Source: an uncultured Rivularia sp. (GTDB lineage Bacteria; Cyanobacteriota; Cyanobacteriia; Cyanobacteriales; Nostocaceae). Taken from it: a stretch of 64,000 nt of DNA. Below the pieces are notes generated by a model that searched no databases, was not told the origin of the DNA, and saw only the letters and a program-made list of their open reading frames with translations. Where the stretch lies: the NCBI GenBank assembly GCA_963665115.1, contig OY762007.1:2464001-2528000 (forward strand), given 5' to 3'. This document shows, one piece after another, positions 41,132 to 52,998 of this stretch. Each line of letters opens with the position of its first letter. The first letter of the stretch is position 1. The translations under genes were made by a program, and so were the position numbers.

Positions 41132-42076
41132 CTATCCCCAATGCCCAATCCCCAAATTATCAGCAATTTCCACTTTCGCAGTCATTTGCTTTTGCACGGT
41201 TTCAATTAATTTTATCGTTCTTTGATAAGCTATTGTTTCTTTTCTATTTATAAAATAAGCTGCGGCTGTTTGTAAGTCTTTAATTGCAGCTTGAGAATAA
41301 CCAAGATTATGGTAAGCTACACCTCGATTGACATAAGCGATCGCACTTTTGGGATTAAGCTTAACTACTTCGCTAAAATCACGCAAAGCTCCCCGATTAT
41401 CTTTGTTTCTAGCACAAGCACAACCCCTGTTAAAATAAGCTCTATCGTCTGTTGAATTTAAACGAATTGCTTTTGAAAAATCAAGCAAGGCAGCTTGTAA
41501 ATTTTGCAATTCTAAATTAACTAAACCCCTATCGTTATAAATATCCCCTAACGAAGTTGAGAATTGAGGAGTTTGAGTTAATGCCAGATTATAATCTTGG
41601 ATTGCTTTTTGATGATTCTTCAATGCAGCATTAGCTATACCTCGGTTATAGTATGCTCGGAAATCATAAGGTTTAAGTTTAATAGCTTGGTTATTATCTA
41701 AAATCGCAGCTTGATAATTTCCCAATCTATACTCAGCAAGCCCTCGATTTAAATAAGCTTCAGTATTATCTGTAACAAAATTTAAAGCTGCCGTACAATC
41801 TGTAACTGCATTATGGTATTCTTTTAATTGAAGATAAGCTAAACACCGATTGCTGTAAGCTAAATTAAAATTACTCTTTAACTCAATTGCCTGAGTAAAG
41901 TCTTCAATAGCTTTTCTATACTTACCAAGTTGAATATTTTTTGCTCCCATTTGTAGCAAATCATCTGCTTCAAATTGATTGGAACTTGGTAACGAATGTA
42001 CGGGAGAAATTATAAAAAAGCAGTTAATCGCGACAATAACAATAAAATTAATTGCAAATCGATACCAGCAATTCAT
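41132..42076 (-). CDS. TPR repeat protein with signal peptide
   Basis: About 7 repeats of 'AYxNRG...AIxDxxxAIxL'. Confidence 0.9.
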   Translation of the reverse strand: MNCWYRFAINFIVIVAINCFFIISPVHSLPSSNQFEADDLLQMGAKNIQLGKYRKAIEDFTQAIELKSNFNLAYSNRCLAYLQLKEYHNAVTDCTAALNFVTDNTEAYLNRGLAEYRLGNYQAAILDNNQAIKLKPYDFRAYYNRGIANAALKNHQKAIQDYNLALTQTPQFSTSLGDIYNDRGLVNLELQNLQAALLDFSKAIRLNSTDDRAYFNRGCACARNKDNRGALRDFSEVVKLNPKSAIAYVNRGVAYHNLGYSQAAIKDLQTAAAYFINRKETIAYQRTIKLIETVQKQMTAKVEIADNLGIGHWG

Positions 42077-42320
42077 AAGTAGTATTCCTATATAAAGTTA
42101 ATAGGGAAAGCCGCACCCTAGAAGGGTGAGGCTAAACAAACAAAGCCCAGATGGTGCGTGGGCTATAAGTATATAAATATTCTTAACCTTAACCCACGTT
42201 AGCGTAATGTGCCCGTCAGCAAAGCGTCTCCCTTTGGGAGATAGGGCATAGGTGGGCTTCGTAGTATTAGCCCCAGGCTTAGAGCCTGCGGGCTTTTTTA
42301 GCAAATTACTTTTATCTTTA

Positions 42321-42650
42321 CTACCAACCGGCTTCAGCCTTAGACAAAACGTAAGCAGCTACATCTTGAATTTGTGTATCTTTCAAACGTCCTTTGAAAG
42401 CAGGCATCGCATTTTTACCATTAGTAACCTGAGTTACGATGTCTTCTATCGAATTCATACCATACTTTTCCAAATCCGCCTTACTTAAGCTCTTATTAGC
42501 TTGAACCAAATTTCTACCACCTGCATGGCAAGAAGCGCAATTAGCATTAAATACAGCACCACCAGCAGCTGCATCAGCTAAAGCAGGGCGATTGAAAGCG
42601 AAGCCGAAAATGACCGCGCCTACTAACAATATTGATAAAATCTTCTTCAT
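42321..42650 (-). CDS. petJ: Cytochrome c6
   Basis: Signal peptide 'PALA-D', 'CASCHAGG', '[12 protein letters not shown]', 'DVAAYVL...GW'. Confidence 0.93.
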   Translation of the reverse strand: MKKILSILLVGAVIFGFAFNRPALADAAAGGAVFNANCASCHAGGRNLVQANKSLSKADLEKYGMNSIEDIVTQVTNGKNAMPAFKGRLKDTQIQDVAAYVLSKAEAGW

Positions 42651-42920
42651 TTTGTGTTCTCTCTAGGAATCAAGGATGATTTCGTACAATTCCAACTAAT
42701 ATTTTCTGATTCGTAACTTGGAACGTCAAATGACAAGCTGTCATAGTTGGGCATGGTGCATAGGGCATGGGGCATAGGGCATAGGGCATTGGGGATAGAG
42801 TATGGCAATGTTTAAGTTTTGTGAAGCTATGTGAAGGGGAGGGGGAGATAAAGAGACAAGGGGAAAAATTACTTCCTACTTAATACTCTCAATGCCCCAT
42901 GCCCCATGCCCAATTACCAA

Positions 42921-43418
42921 TTACCGATTACCAACTCCTAACTCTTTCAAACTCTCTCCGGTGACGCGACAAATGCGCCAATCTTCTAAAATGTCTGCTC
43001 CCATGTGGCGGTAAAATGCTTTTGCTGGTTCGTTCCAATTCAAAACGCTCCATTCCAATCTTCCGCAATTTCTTTCAATTGCAATGCTGGCGAGTTTAGT
43101 TAAAAGCGCTTTACCAATACCTTTTTGACGAAATTCTTCTAATACGAATAAATCTTCTAAATAGATTCCCGGTTGGGTCAGAAAGGTTGAATAATTATGA
43201 AAGAATAAGGCAAAACCGGCAGCTTTTCCGCTTGTTTCTGCTAATATTGCCTCGGCATATTTTTTTGAACCAAATAAATGCTCTTTGAGTTGTAAAGCAC
43301 TACCAGTTACCGCATCTGTTAGTTCTTCATATTCTGCCAATCCTTTAATTAATTCAAATAATACGTCGCAATCTTCTGGTTGAGCTAAACGTAAAATTAA
43401 ATCGCTATCAGTCGTCAT
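42921..43418 (-). CDS. GNAT family N-acetyltransferase (SSAT-like)
   Basis: 'LAEYE', 'YSTF...IYLEDLFV...RQKGIG', 'RLEWSVLNWN.PA..FY'. Confidence 0.88.
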   Translation of the reverse strand: MTTDSDLILRLAQPEDCDVLFELIKGLAEYEELTDAVTGSALQLKEHLFGSKKYAEAILAETSGKAAGFALFFHNYSTFLTQPGIYLEDLFVLEEFRQKGIGKALLTKLASIAIERNCGRLEWSVLNWNEPAKAFYRHMGADILEDWRICRVTGESLKELGVGNR

Positions 43419-43499
43419 TTAGTTATTTAAAATACGAAGGACGAAGTGTTCAGTATGAAACAAAGACATCTTAAATACTGGGGAACTTTACAAAAGTTT

Positions 43500-43730
43500 T
43501 TATTCCAGTGTTTGTCTGCGCGATGGTGACATTATCTTCAGCCCCCTGACAATTTCTTCGGGGGTTGCCGTTCCATTTGCGACTTTTGGCATGATATTCA
43601 TAAGCTCTAAAGCTAAATCTGTTTTGATTCCCGAAGCTTCTAGACGCTTTAGTTCCAAAATATCAATACCTACTTCTAATCCTTCTAAATACTCTTCTAC
43701 GGTAACTCCAAAGTCCTGAATCTCTGGCAT
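43500..43730 (-). CDS. Hypothetical protein
   Basis: 76-aa ORF preceded by an AAGGA RBS-like sequence. Confidence 0.6.
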   Translation of the reverse strand: MPEIQDFGVTVEEYLEGLEVGIDILELKRLEASGIKTDLALELMNIMPKVANGTATPEEIVRGLKIMSPSRRQTLE

Positions 43731-44180
43731 AGATACAATTCCTTAATTTCTAATCTCTAATTTCTAAATCTATTTCTACGTTTATTTTCCCGCAATAATG
43801 GGATATCAAAGCTATTTACTTTGATATCGTTAATTTAATTATTGTTAACTTAGAATGCATTAAACACTCAGTTTTAAGAGGTAATAATATTTTTATATTC
43901 GTTTCAGCAGCATAAATTCTGGTGAATAGAATTCGCTCCTACACCGCTCATTATCCACCTCCGTGGACTAATAAATTAAACCCGTGTTAGCAAAGCGTGT
44001 CTGTTAGGACATAAACAAACGGGTTTTGCTTGTGTAGTAAAGCCACTGCGTTGCGCGGGAGCAAGCGCGTTGTAGCAAGTGGCGTGCGGTTTCAACCGCC
44101 AGATATTTTTCAAACATCCTCTTGAGAGGACTAAAGAAAAAAAGTGAGATGTTAACTGCTAACTGTTCGCTGTTCGCTGA

Positions 44181-45319
44181 TTAAATCAACCAACCTTTCA
44201 AACGCTTAGCAATATGGGGGGACGGCGCAATTTACGCATTGCTTTACTTTGAATTTGTCTTACTCTTTCGCGGGAAAGGTTGAACATATTGCCAACTTCT
44301 TCTAAGGTGCAAGGTTCGCTACTTGCTAAACCGTAACGCAAGGAAATCACGTCTTTTTCCCGTGGAGTTAGTACGTCTCCTAATACTTCCCAAATCTCCT
44401 GACGCATCATGGTTTCGTTCATTCTTGCTTCTGGAGATTGGTTGTCTTCGTCTTCCAACAAATCCATCAACTCGGTATCTTCTTCTTTACCGACACGGTG
44501 GTTTAAGGAAAGCGCTTGACGACGCAATTGTTGTAATTGACGCAATTGATTGGCTGGTATATCTAATACTTCTGCCAATTCTTCTTCGCTAGGATTCCTG
44601 GATAATTTTTGCTTTAATTCTCTCTGTGCTTTCTTGAGTTTATTAAGCTTTTCTACAATATGTATTGGTAAACGAATTGTGCGAGCATCATTGGCGATCG
44701 CCCTTGTAATTGCTTGACGAATCCACCAGTAAGCGTAGGTTGAAAATTTGTATCCTTTATCGGGATCGAATTTTTCAGTAGCTCGATTTAAACCCATTGC
44801 CCCTTCTTGAATCAAATCTAGAAAGGGAACTCCACGATTAAGATACCGTTTGGCGATGGAAACCACAAGACGCAAGTTAGAACGAATCATTTTGCGCTTG
44901 GCGACTTTACCCTGGTACAAGCGATGCTCTAAATGCTTTTGAGTAACCCCCATTTCTTGGGCTATTGCCGCTTTATCGGGGGAATATCCTAATTTTTCTT
45001 GGGCTGATGCTTGTGCTTGTCTGACTTCTTCGAGGATGCGTACTCTTTTAGCTAACTCTACCTCTTCATCGGGCTTGAGCAGTGGATAACGCGCCATTTC
45101 TTTGAAAAACGCCCCTACAGCATCATCGTACTCAGTTTTGTTATATCCTGTAGGTCGCGCGGCTGCTAAATCATCACCACTGTTTGATTCATGTTCAATA
45201 TTTTGAGCAATTAAAGCTTCGTCGTCTGTCACTACTTCTAAAACGTTAATTGCTTCAGATTGATTCTTATCAGCAACTTTCTGCATACTTTCCATCTTTC
45301 CCAATTGTGCAATACTCAT
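44181..45319 (-). CDS. sigE: Group 2 RpoD-family sigma factor (SigE-like); apparent frameshift at G run 44216-44221
   Basis: 'DAVGAFFKEMARYPLL', 'SNLRLVVSIAKRY', 'GYKFSTYAYWWIRQ', 'TLEEVG..FNLSRERVRQI'. The corrected end is 'RRPHIAKRLKGWLI*' at 44181. The symbol is from recalled similarity to cyanobacterial SigE. Confidence 0.75.
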
Positions 45320-46172
45320 AGTTTTTTTAATGGGGGATTGTTGCCTGCGGACCGTAAATAGCGAAAGTGACAGCTACCGCATTGACATCTAAAGCTGAAA
45401 TTTTTCATGCTTTATCTGCCTTTCACTCGATTTAAAAACATACTTGGTGGCTTTATAGCTTAACTTTTACTTTTAAAGTAAAGCTTGATAATTTAATAAA
45501 GCTATATCCCACTCATATGACGTAGTTATGCTTTTCACCTGCAAATATAAACTTAATTAACTGTTGTAAATATATACTTCACTTTTCTTCTCTAACAGAA
45601 ATTTCTTCTTTCCACCTCCCAATTTTTTTATTTACTCAATAAATATAAAAAAATAATCTATTACCGCCCTTATGTTCAGTTTTACTATGTTTATCTTAAT
45701 ACTTTTAGGCTTTTATGTTGAATAACTGTCTAAGCGAATGCTATATGCTTTATGCTTTATTGAGTCAATACGTGACTTTAGACAATCTTGCTCAATTTAT
45801 CTAAAATATTGCAAGCGAAACTCTAGGAATTTATTTCCTATGTAAAAGCATCTCATATACCGTCAAAGCTGAATATCTATCAATAGAGAGATTAGCCCTA
45901 TTCCTTAATTGGTAAAGGGGGGCAAGAATTAAGGTAAAGAACTGAGATTATTTGAGTTCAGATGTCTGGTATCAAAAAGTCATTAGCTATATGGTTTATG
46001 TAAGGTTTGTTTATGAGATTACATCTAACGGAAATTTATCAAGTATTATGTCAATTGAAAGTATTCCGAAATACATTTTAACTTATCCATAGGAGATTCT
46101 TAATAGTTGAATAAGTTAATTCAATTTTGTTAAACGGATATTGGTAATTATCGTTCGGTAAAATAAAAAATT

Positions 46173-48787
46173 ATGTATACAAACAACGCAGCTTTACCAA
46201 CTGCGATTGCGGCTGCAAATCAAGGCGAATATACTCTGCGAATTCCCTCTTGCCAATGGGTTGAAGTGTTGGTGGACTGTCCGGGAATGACGGGATTCTT
46301 AACTTACGGATTACCTGCTGGGTTAGAAGTAAAACCAGGAGATATTTTGAGCGTGCCATTAAACAGGCAAACTGTTGGTGGAATAGCGATTCGTAAATTA
46401 ACAAAGCCTCCCCAAGATATACCAATAGAAAAAATTCGGAATATAGAAGATGTAGTTAGCACCGGATTTTTCCCAGATTTTTACTGGGAATTATTAAATC
46501 GAGTTGCAGCATATTATTATACGCCTTTAATTCAAGTAATTCGCGTTGCTTTACCTCCGGGTTTATTAGGAAAATCTCAACGTCGCGTTAAACTTGTTTC
46601 TCATCAAATTTCTCATAAAAATAGTTCCATTTCTTCGCCTGTTTCATTTTCCCTTTCCCCCGCAGCCAGAAAAATTCTTGATTTACTTGAAGCTCAACAA
46701 GAAGGAAATTACAGTTTTGTTTATTTAAGTCGGCAAGTTCGCGGTGCTTATCGTGCGGTAAGAGAATTACGAAGATTTGGTTTAATAGAGACTTATTTAG
46801 AAGCACCTCGTTTAACAAAACCAAAATTGCAAAAAGCGGTAACATTAATCGCAAGTAATTTTGCAGCAGATTTAACCACCCGTCAAACAGAAATTTTAGA
46901 AGTACTTCGGCGACGCGGTGGCGAAATGTGGCTAACCGAATTATTACAAACCTGTAGTGCCGGTTACTCGACTATAAAAACCATAGAAAAGAAAGGTTAT
47001 GTTGCCGTAGAAGAAAAAGAAGTTTTGCGAACCGAACTTGGCGAAAATGCAGATCAAACATTCGCCGGCGGGCAAGCAAAAAACCTTACATCAGCCCAAC
47101 AAATAGCTTTAGAAACGATAAATAATATTAATAGATATGCATCGATTCTATTACATGGAGTAACAGGTTCCGGAAAAACAGAAGTATATTTGCAAGCAAT
47201 TGCACCTTTATTAACAGCAGGTAAATCGGCATTGGTATTAGTTCCCGAAATCGGACTAACACCGCAACTAACCGATCGCTTTCGTGCTAGATTCGGCAGC
47301 AAAGTCAGTGTATACCATAGCGCTTTATCCCCTGGCGAACGTTTCGACACTTGGCGACAAATGCTAACAGGAGAACCTCAAGTAGTCATCGGCACCCGCA
47401 GCGCCATTTTTGCACCGTTACCCAATCTCGGCTTGATCATCCTAGATGAAGAACACGATTCCTCATTCAAACAAGATTCCCCCATACCCACCTACCATGC
47501 TCGTAAAGTTGCAGTTTGGCGAGCAGAATTAGAAAATTGTCCTTTAATATTGGGTTCGGCAACTCCCTCTTTGGAGACTTGGGTAGCTGCGGGGAGAGGG
47601 GGAGAGGGGGTAGAGGGGGTAGAGGGGGTAGAGGGGGTAGAGGGGGAAGAATTATTACTCAATCCCCCATGCCCAATCCCCCATGCCCAATCCCCATCTT
47701 CGTACTACCTTTCACTTCCAGAGCGTGTCAATTCTCGCCCATTGCCTCCGGTGGAAATTGTAGATATGCGGGAAGAATTGCACCGGGGAAATCGTTCTAT
47801 ATTTAGCAATCCTCTACAACAAGGTTTACGAGAGCTTATTGAAACCGGGCAGCAAGGAATATTATTTATTCATCGTCGGGGGGACACAGTACTTTTGTTT
47901 CTTGTCGTAGCTGCGGATATGTAATGGAATGTCCCCATTGTGATGTGTCGCTATCCTATCATCAGCCTAAAGCCGGAGCGCCGCAGGTTTTACGCTGTCA
48001 TTATTGCAATTACGCAACTCCCCATCCTAAAAATTGTCCCGATTGCTGTTCCCCTTATTTAAAATTCTTCGGTAGCGGTACCCAAAAGGTAGCGCAAGAG
48101 TTAGAAAAACAGTTTCCTGAATTAAAATTTATCCGTTTCGACAGCGACACCACCCGCAACAAAGGAGCGCATCGCACATTATTAACCAGATTTGCTAAAG
48201 GTGAAGCGCATTTATTAATCGGAACCCAAATGCTCACTAAAGGCTTAGATTTACCCCAAGTAACTTTAGTCGGAGTAGTTAGCGCCGATGGATTACTGCA
48301 TTTATCAGATTACCGTGCCAGCGAACGCGCTTTCCAGACTTTAACCCAAGTTGCCGGACGTGCGGGTAGAGGTGAAGACCCCGGAAGAGTTATAATCCAG
48401 ACTTACACTACAGAACATTCAGTAATCGAAGCAGTACAGCAACACGATTATCAAACTTTTATTCAAGACGAATTAGAACAGCGAGAAGCTTTAAATTATC
48501 CACCCTACGGTAGATTGATTTTATTGCGGTTAAGCAGTTTCGATTCCATTCAAGTAGAAAACACCGCCACAGAAATCGCCGAAAAACTTCTTCAGCGATC
48601 GCACATCGATATATTAGGGCCAGCACCAGCAAGTATATTGAGAGTAGCAAACCGTTATCGCTGGCAAATCCTATTAAAATTTGCTCCCGAAGACTTACCG
48701 GAATTACCAGACTGGGAAGAAATACGTCAGATGTGCCCGAATTCCGTTATTTTAACAATTGACATCGATCCCCTGAATATTATGTGA
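46173..48787 (+). CDS. priA: Primosomal protein N' (PriA); apparent frameshift at G run 47878-47883
   Basis: 'LHGVTGSGKTEVY', 'VPEIGLTPQ', 'DEEHD', 'GSATPS'; corrected 'HRRGHSTFVSCRSCG', 'CPHC..CHYC..CPDC', 'QVAGRAGR'. Confidence 0.93.
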
Positions 48788-48860
48788 TGGGGATTGGGGA
48801 TTGGGGATTGGGAATTGGGAATTGGGGAAAATTTTAACCTTTAACCTTTAACCTTTAACC

Positions 48861-50864
48861 TTAGTTACTGCTCACTGTTAATTCCGCGACTCTCTGAGCT
48901 AAATGATCTGCCTGAATTGGCTTGGCAAGATGTAGGTTAAAACCAGCTTGTAAAGATTCTTTTTGATTTGTTTCTCCTGCATAAGCGGTTAGTGCGATCG
49001 CAGGTATTTTTGCGCCTTTTTTGGGGGGTAGCGCTCGAATTTGACGCATTAATGTATGTCCGTTTACTTCCGGCATGGCGATATCACTGATCAGCAAATC
49101 TGGTTTATCTTGTAAAAATAATTTAAATGCTTCCGGGGCAGATGTGGCTGTTTCTACTGAAGCTCCGTAGGTTTCAAGGACAAATTTTAAAAATTCTAAG
49201 TTGTCTGGCTCGTCGTCTACTATAAGAATCTTTATACCGTTAAAATCTAAATCTAAATCTGCTTTATCTTTATTATTAGTTTCGCTATAAGTTTCTACAT
49301 GGGATGTTAAAGGTATCTCTACGGTAAATATCGTACCTTTGCCAATACCCGGACTTTCTACTTGAATGTTACCACCGTGAAGTTCTACTAAATGTCTGAC
49401 TATGGCTAACCCTAATCCCAATCCTCCAGTATTTCTAGTACTGGAACTGTTTTCCTGACGAAAGTAATCAAATACATAAGGTAAGAAATGAGAATTGATT
49501 CCTTTCCCCGTATCCGCAATTGTAATTTTGGCTTGAGAATTATTGCAGGTTAATTCTACATTTACTTTTCCTTTTGAAGGAGTAAATTTCACTGCATTGG
49601 AAAGTAAATTCCAAAAAATTTGCTGTAAGCGGTTAGCGTCTCCTTCAACAAATGCAGTTTCTGAAGAAAATTTGGTAATGATTTCAACAGATTTTGCATG
49701 AGCGGCTAAATGCACGGTTTCAATTGCAGCTTTGATGATATTTATCAAGTCAATGCTAACTGGATTTAGCTGTAATTTACCGCGCAATATCCGCGAAACG
49801 TCAAGCAAATCTTTGATCATTTCTGCTTGCAAGGAAGCATTTCGCTCAATTGTTTCTAATGCTCGATCGATTTTTTGAGGTGGAATTCTATTAGAGCGTA
49901 AAAGTTGAGTCCATCCTAAAATTGGGTTAAGTGGGGTTCGCAATTCGTGGGAAAGTACCGCTAAAAATTCATCTTTTACCCGGTTTGCTGCTTCGGCTTT
50001 TGCTAGTAATCTAATTCTCTCTAATTCGGCTTGTCTACGTTCGGTGATATCTCTTAAAGTAACTAAATTAGCAGTTTCCCCCTGCCAGTTTACTTTTACC
50101 ACGCGCATTTGTGCGATTAATTCTCTTCCCGTACCCGTGGAAATATCTACCTCGCTATTATCTTCACCAGCGACGGGAAAGCCAAATAATTCTCCTAAAA
50201 GTTCTTCTTCTTGACGATTAAATAGTTTCAAAGCTGCGGGATTGATAAACTTGACTATTCCTTTTTTATCTACCACCACTATCCCATCTGGATTTTTGGT
50301 AATTAGCATCCGCAACTGCTTTTCGCTCTTTTTGAGCGCAGCTTCTACTTTTTCTCTACGAATACTTTCTGTAAGTCTATGCTGACGTTGCTTTTTTAGT
50401 TCTGTTGCTTGAAAGAATAAACGCTGCTGTAAGTCAGTCAAATAAGTACTACATTCTACTTCGTTTGACTCACAACGTGGCGATCTAATTATATTAAGCG
50501 TTTGTTGTACTACCGATGCAAGTCGTGGTGATTGATTTTTACTTATATAGTCGGTTGCTCCTGCTTTGATACAGGTTACTGCATCGCGTGCGCTATCAAC
50601 ACCATTAATAACTATAAATGGAAGGCTTAATTGCTTTTCTTTTAATAATTCTTGAGCTATCAAAACATCCAACTTTGAATGCTGATAATCTGCTACGATA
50701 ATTTCTACGCTTGAATCTAAATAAGCTAAATAATCTTGTTCATTTTCTACTTGCTTTGCCACCGGATTAAAGTCGGCTTCGCGTAATAATGATAATATTT
50801 TTTCGCTTTCTTGGGCAGAATCACACAGCAATAATAAGTTTATTGGAACTGCCATAAATACCAT
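48861..50864 (-). CDS. Cytoplasmic hybrid histidine kinase (REC-PAS-HisKA-HATPase-REC)
   Basis: N-terminal REC; PAS 'DGIVVVD...FINPAA'; 'LSHELRTPLN'; 'NLLSNAVKFT'; 'GGLGLGL'; C-terminal REC 'ISDIAMP'. Confidence 0.9.
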   Translation of the reverse strand: MVFMAVPINLLLLCDSAQESEKILSLLREADFNPVAKQVENEQDYLAYLDSSVEIIVADYQHSKLDVLIAQELLKEKQLSLPFIVINGVDSARDAVTCIKAGATDYISKNQSPRLASVVQQTLNIIRSPRCESNEVECSTYLTDLQQRLFFQATELKKQRQHRLTESIRREKVEAALKKSEKQLRMLITKNPDGIVVVDKKGIVKFINPAALKLFNRQEEELLGELFGFPVAGEDNSEVDISTGTGRELIAQMRVVKVNWQGETANLVTLRDITERRQAELERIRLLAKAEAANRVKDEFLAVLSHELRTPLNPILGWTQLLRSNRIPPQKIDRALETIERNASLQAEMIKDLLDVSRILRGKLQLNPVSIDLINIIKAAIETVHLAAHAKSVEIITKFSSETAFVEGDANRLQQIFWNLLSNAVKFTPSKGKVNVELTCNNSQAKITIADTGKGINSHFLPYVFDYFRQENSSSTRNTGGLGLGLAIVRHLVELHGGNIQVESPGIGKGTIFTVEIPLTSHVETYSETNNKDKADLDLDFNGIKILIVDDEPDNLEFLKFVLETYGASVETATSAPEAFKLFLQDKPDLLISDIAMPEVNGHTLMRQIRALPPKKGAKIPAIALTAYAGETNQKESLQAGFNLHLAKPIQADHLAQRVAELTVSSN

Positions 50865-51078
50865 TTAATCACTTAATAGCTTATATTTTTGAGTTTATAT
50901 TTTTGGCAAAAACTAACTTACTGTAATCTAGAACGCATATTTTTCCTTTACCAAATTAAATAATAACTATACAAAGTATCTCTATACCCGTTTATTTCTA
51001 TCACGATATTTATTTAATCTTTGTCTACCCTAAGAATTATTTATTCATTATTTTATATAACCATAGAGCTAATTACTC

Positions 51079-52597
51079 TTACGATTCTTCTTGAAATAAT
51101 TCGCTCAGACGGTTAACTTCATCTTGATCTACATACATTGGATTACCAGACAAAATTCCCGTAACGTTGCGGAAACTTCTACCAATATGCATCCCTCGAT
51201 CGTCTATTGTAAATTCGCGAATTTGCTTGTCATGCATCGAACCCCGCATTTTGATTACCGCTAACCCTCTTCTAACTTCACCGTAAACTTCAACATATCG
51301 CAGTAAAATAATCGTATCGGTACTTGTAGAAATGTGGGATTCCGTTACCGAATTACCACCTAATAAAGTCGGAGCAGTGGCAGTGTAAAGCCCAGTCATT
51401 CCTTGTCCCTCTAACTGTCGCATTCAAACTGGCAATAAATTCTCGAAACCCATCGAGCGTGGCTACTTTTTCCAAAGCCGTCAAACTGTCTATTACTACA
51501 CGATGGGGTTTAAATTCTCTTATCGCTTCCTGCATTTTTATTAGATGATTTTCTAATCTAGTTGATTCCGGATAGCGAAAAATAATTTTTAATAATCCTT
51601 TTTCCTCGGCTTCTTGGAAGTTTGTTCCCCAGCCCCACGCATTTCTCATCAACTGATGGCGATTTTCTTCAAACGCAAAATAAATGCAGCGGTCGTCATT
51701 TTTGATTCCAGCAGCGATAAACTGAGTACAAAGTAAAGTTTTACCCGTACCAGTAGCACCACTAGCTAAAACAATTGAATCGCGATAAAAACCACCACCG
51801 CACATTTTATCGAGTTGATCGTTACCGCAAGAAATGCGGATAATAGATGAATCCTTATCCTCCGGAGCCATCGCCGAAAGAGGAATAGCCACAAACCCTG
51901 TATCGGTAATAATCGTAAATGGGAACTCCCCTTGTTGATGGGAACTACCGCGATATTTAAGAATTTCTAAAGTCCGACGACGCTTTTCTTCAATCAACAC
52001 GTTTCGTAGAATAATCACGTTGTCTGCGACATACTCTTCTACACCGTGAGTGCTGATTGGGCCGTATTCCTCATTGCGTTCTGATGTTAAAATTGCCGTA
52101 CTGTTAACATCTCGTAAAGCCGAAACAATGATAAATAAATCGTCGCGAATTTGAGCTTTATTAGGTATATAGCTAAAAATTGCTCCCAAAGAATCTATCG
52201 ATACTCTAGTAGCTTTTACTTTATCAATAGCATACTGAATTCGAGCCAGCAAAGGACTTAAATCGTAATCTCCACTAACGTAAGGATTTTTACCAGGCTC
52301 GGGAGAAGCATCAACGAAAATCCACTTACCTTCTTTTTCCCACTTTGCAATATCCCAACCAAAACCGCGCATATTTTTGCGAATATTTGGGGGAGATTCT
52401 TCAAAAGTAACGTAAACTCCCGTTTCTCCTCGTTTTATTCCTTCAATCAAAAACTGACAGGAGAATATTGTCTTACCGCTACCCGCACTACCAACTACCA
52501 AAGTAGTACGTCCAATTGGTAATCCACCTTCAGATATCAAATCGAAACCTGGAATTCCTGTTTCTAACTTTTCTAGATTTTGTCCTACTTGAGGCAT
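51079..52597 (-). CDS. kaiC3: Circadian clock protein KaiC, KaiC3-type; apparent +1 frameshift at 51407-51409
   Basis: Two RecA-like domains: 'GSAGSGKT...FEE' and 'GATGTGKT...FEE'; 'KYRG', 'KMRGSMHDK.IREF', phosphosite region 'HISTSTD'. Confidence 0.88.
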
Positions 52598-52641
52598 TTT
52601 AAAAATATCTTGTAGATAATTATCTAATTCGTCTTTTATAG

Positions 52642-52956
52642 TTACTCGCTAAATATATCATGCTTTTTGCTGTTAATTCCCAACCCCATTAAAACGGTTT
52701 TTACATCAGATAGATCCCCGATAATTCTAACTAATGGTAAAGGTAATTCTTTAATTAAAGTTGGTGTAACAATAATTTTTTCTTTTTCGGCAATATCGGG
52801 TTGCTTTAATACATCAATAATCAAAATTTTATATTTGTTAGGAAAATGTTCTTGACATAATTCCTTAAGGTTAGAAATAGCTCGATCCGACCGAGGCGTA
52901 TCTCCTGTTACATAAAGCTTAAGCACATATTTTTTCTCTAAACTACTTTTACACAT
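52642..52956 (-). CDS. kaiB3: Circadian clock protein KaiB, KaiB3-type by context
   Basis: 'YVLKLYVTG.TPRS..AI.NL', 'IDVLKQP..AE..KII.TPTLIK.LP.P..RIIGDLS'. Confidence 0.88.
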   Translation of the reverse strand: MCKSSLEKKYVLKLYVTGDTPRSDRAISNLKELCQEHFPNKYKILIIDVLKQPDIAEKEKIIVTPTLIKELPLPLVRIIGDLSDVKTVLMGLGINSKKHDIFSE

Positions 52957-52998
52957 TATTAAACGTATTTGTTACTATTTTTTTATAATTAATTTCAT

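Noticed and set aside
46061..46074. GTA-N8-TAC (NtcA-like box) upstream of priA, in the sigma factor-priA intergenic region
   Set aside because: No well-placed -10 element was seen, and the motif arises readily by chance in AT-rich DNA.
45320..46172. Long AT-rich intergenic region as an ncRNA or riboswitch
   Set aside because: No recognisable conserved structure; consistent with divergent promoters.
51079..51423. Naturally split KaiC or programmed frameshifting
   Set aside because: The break is a +1 in a G/C run like ten others in the window; an artefact is far more likely.
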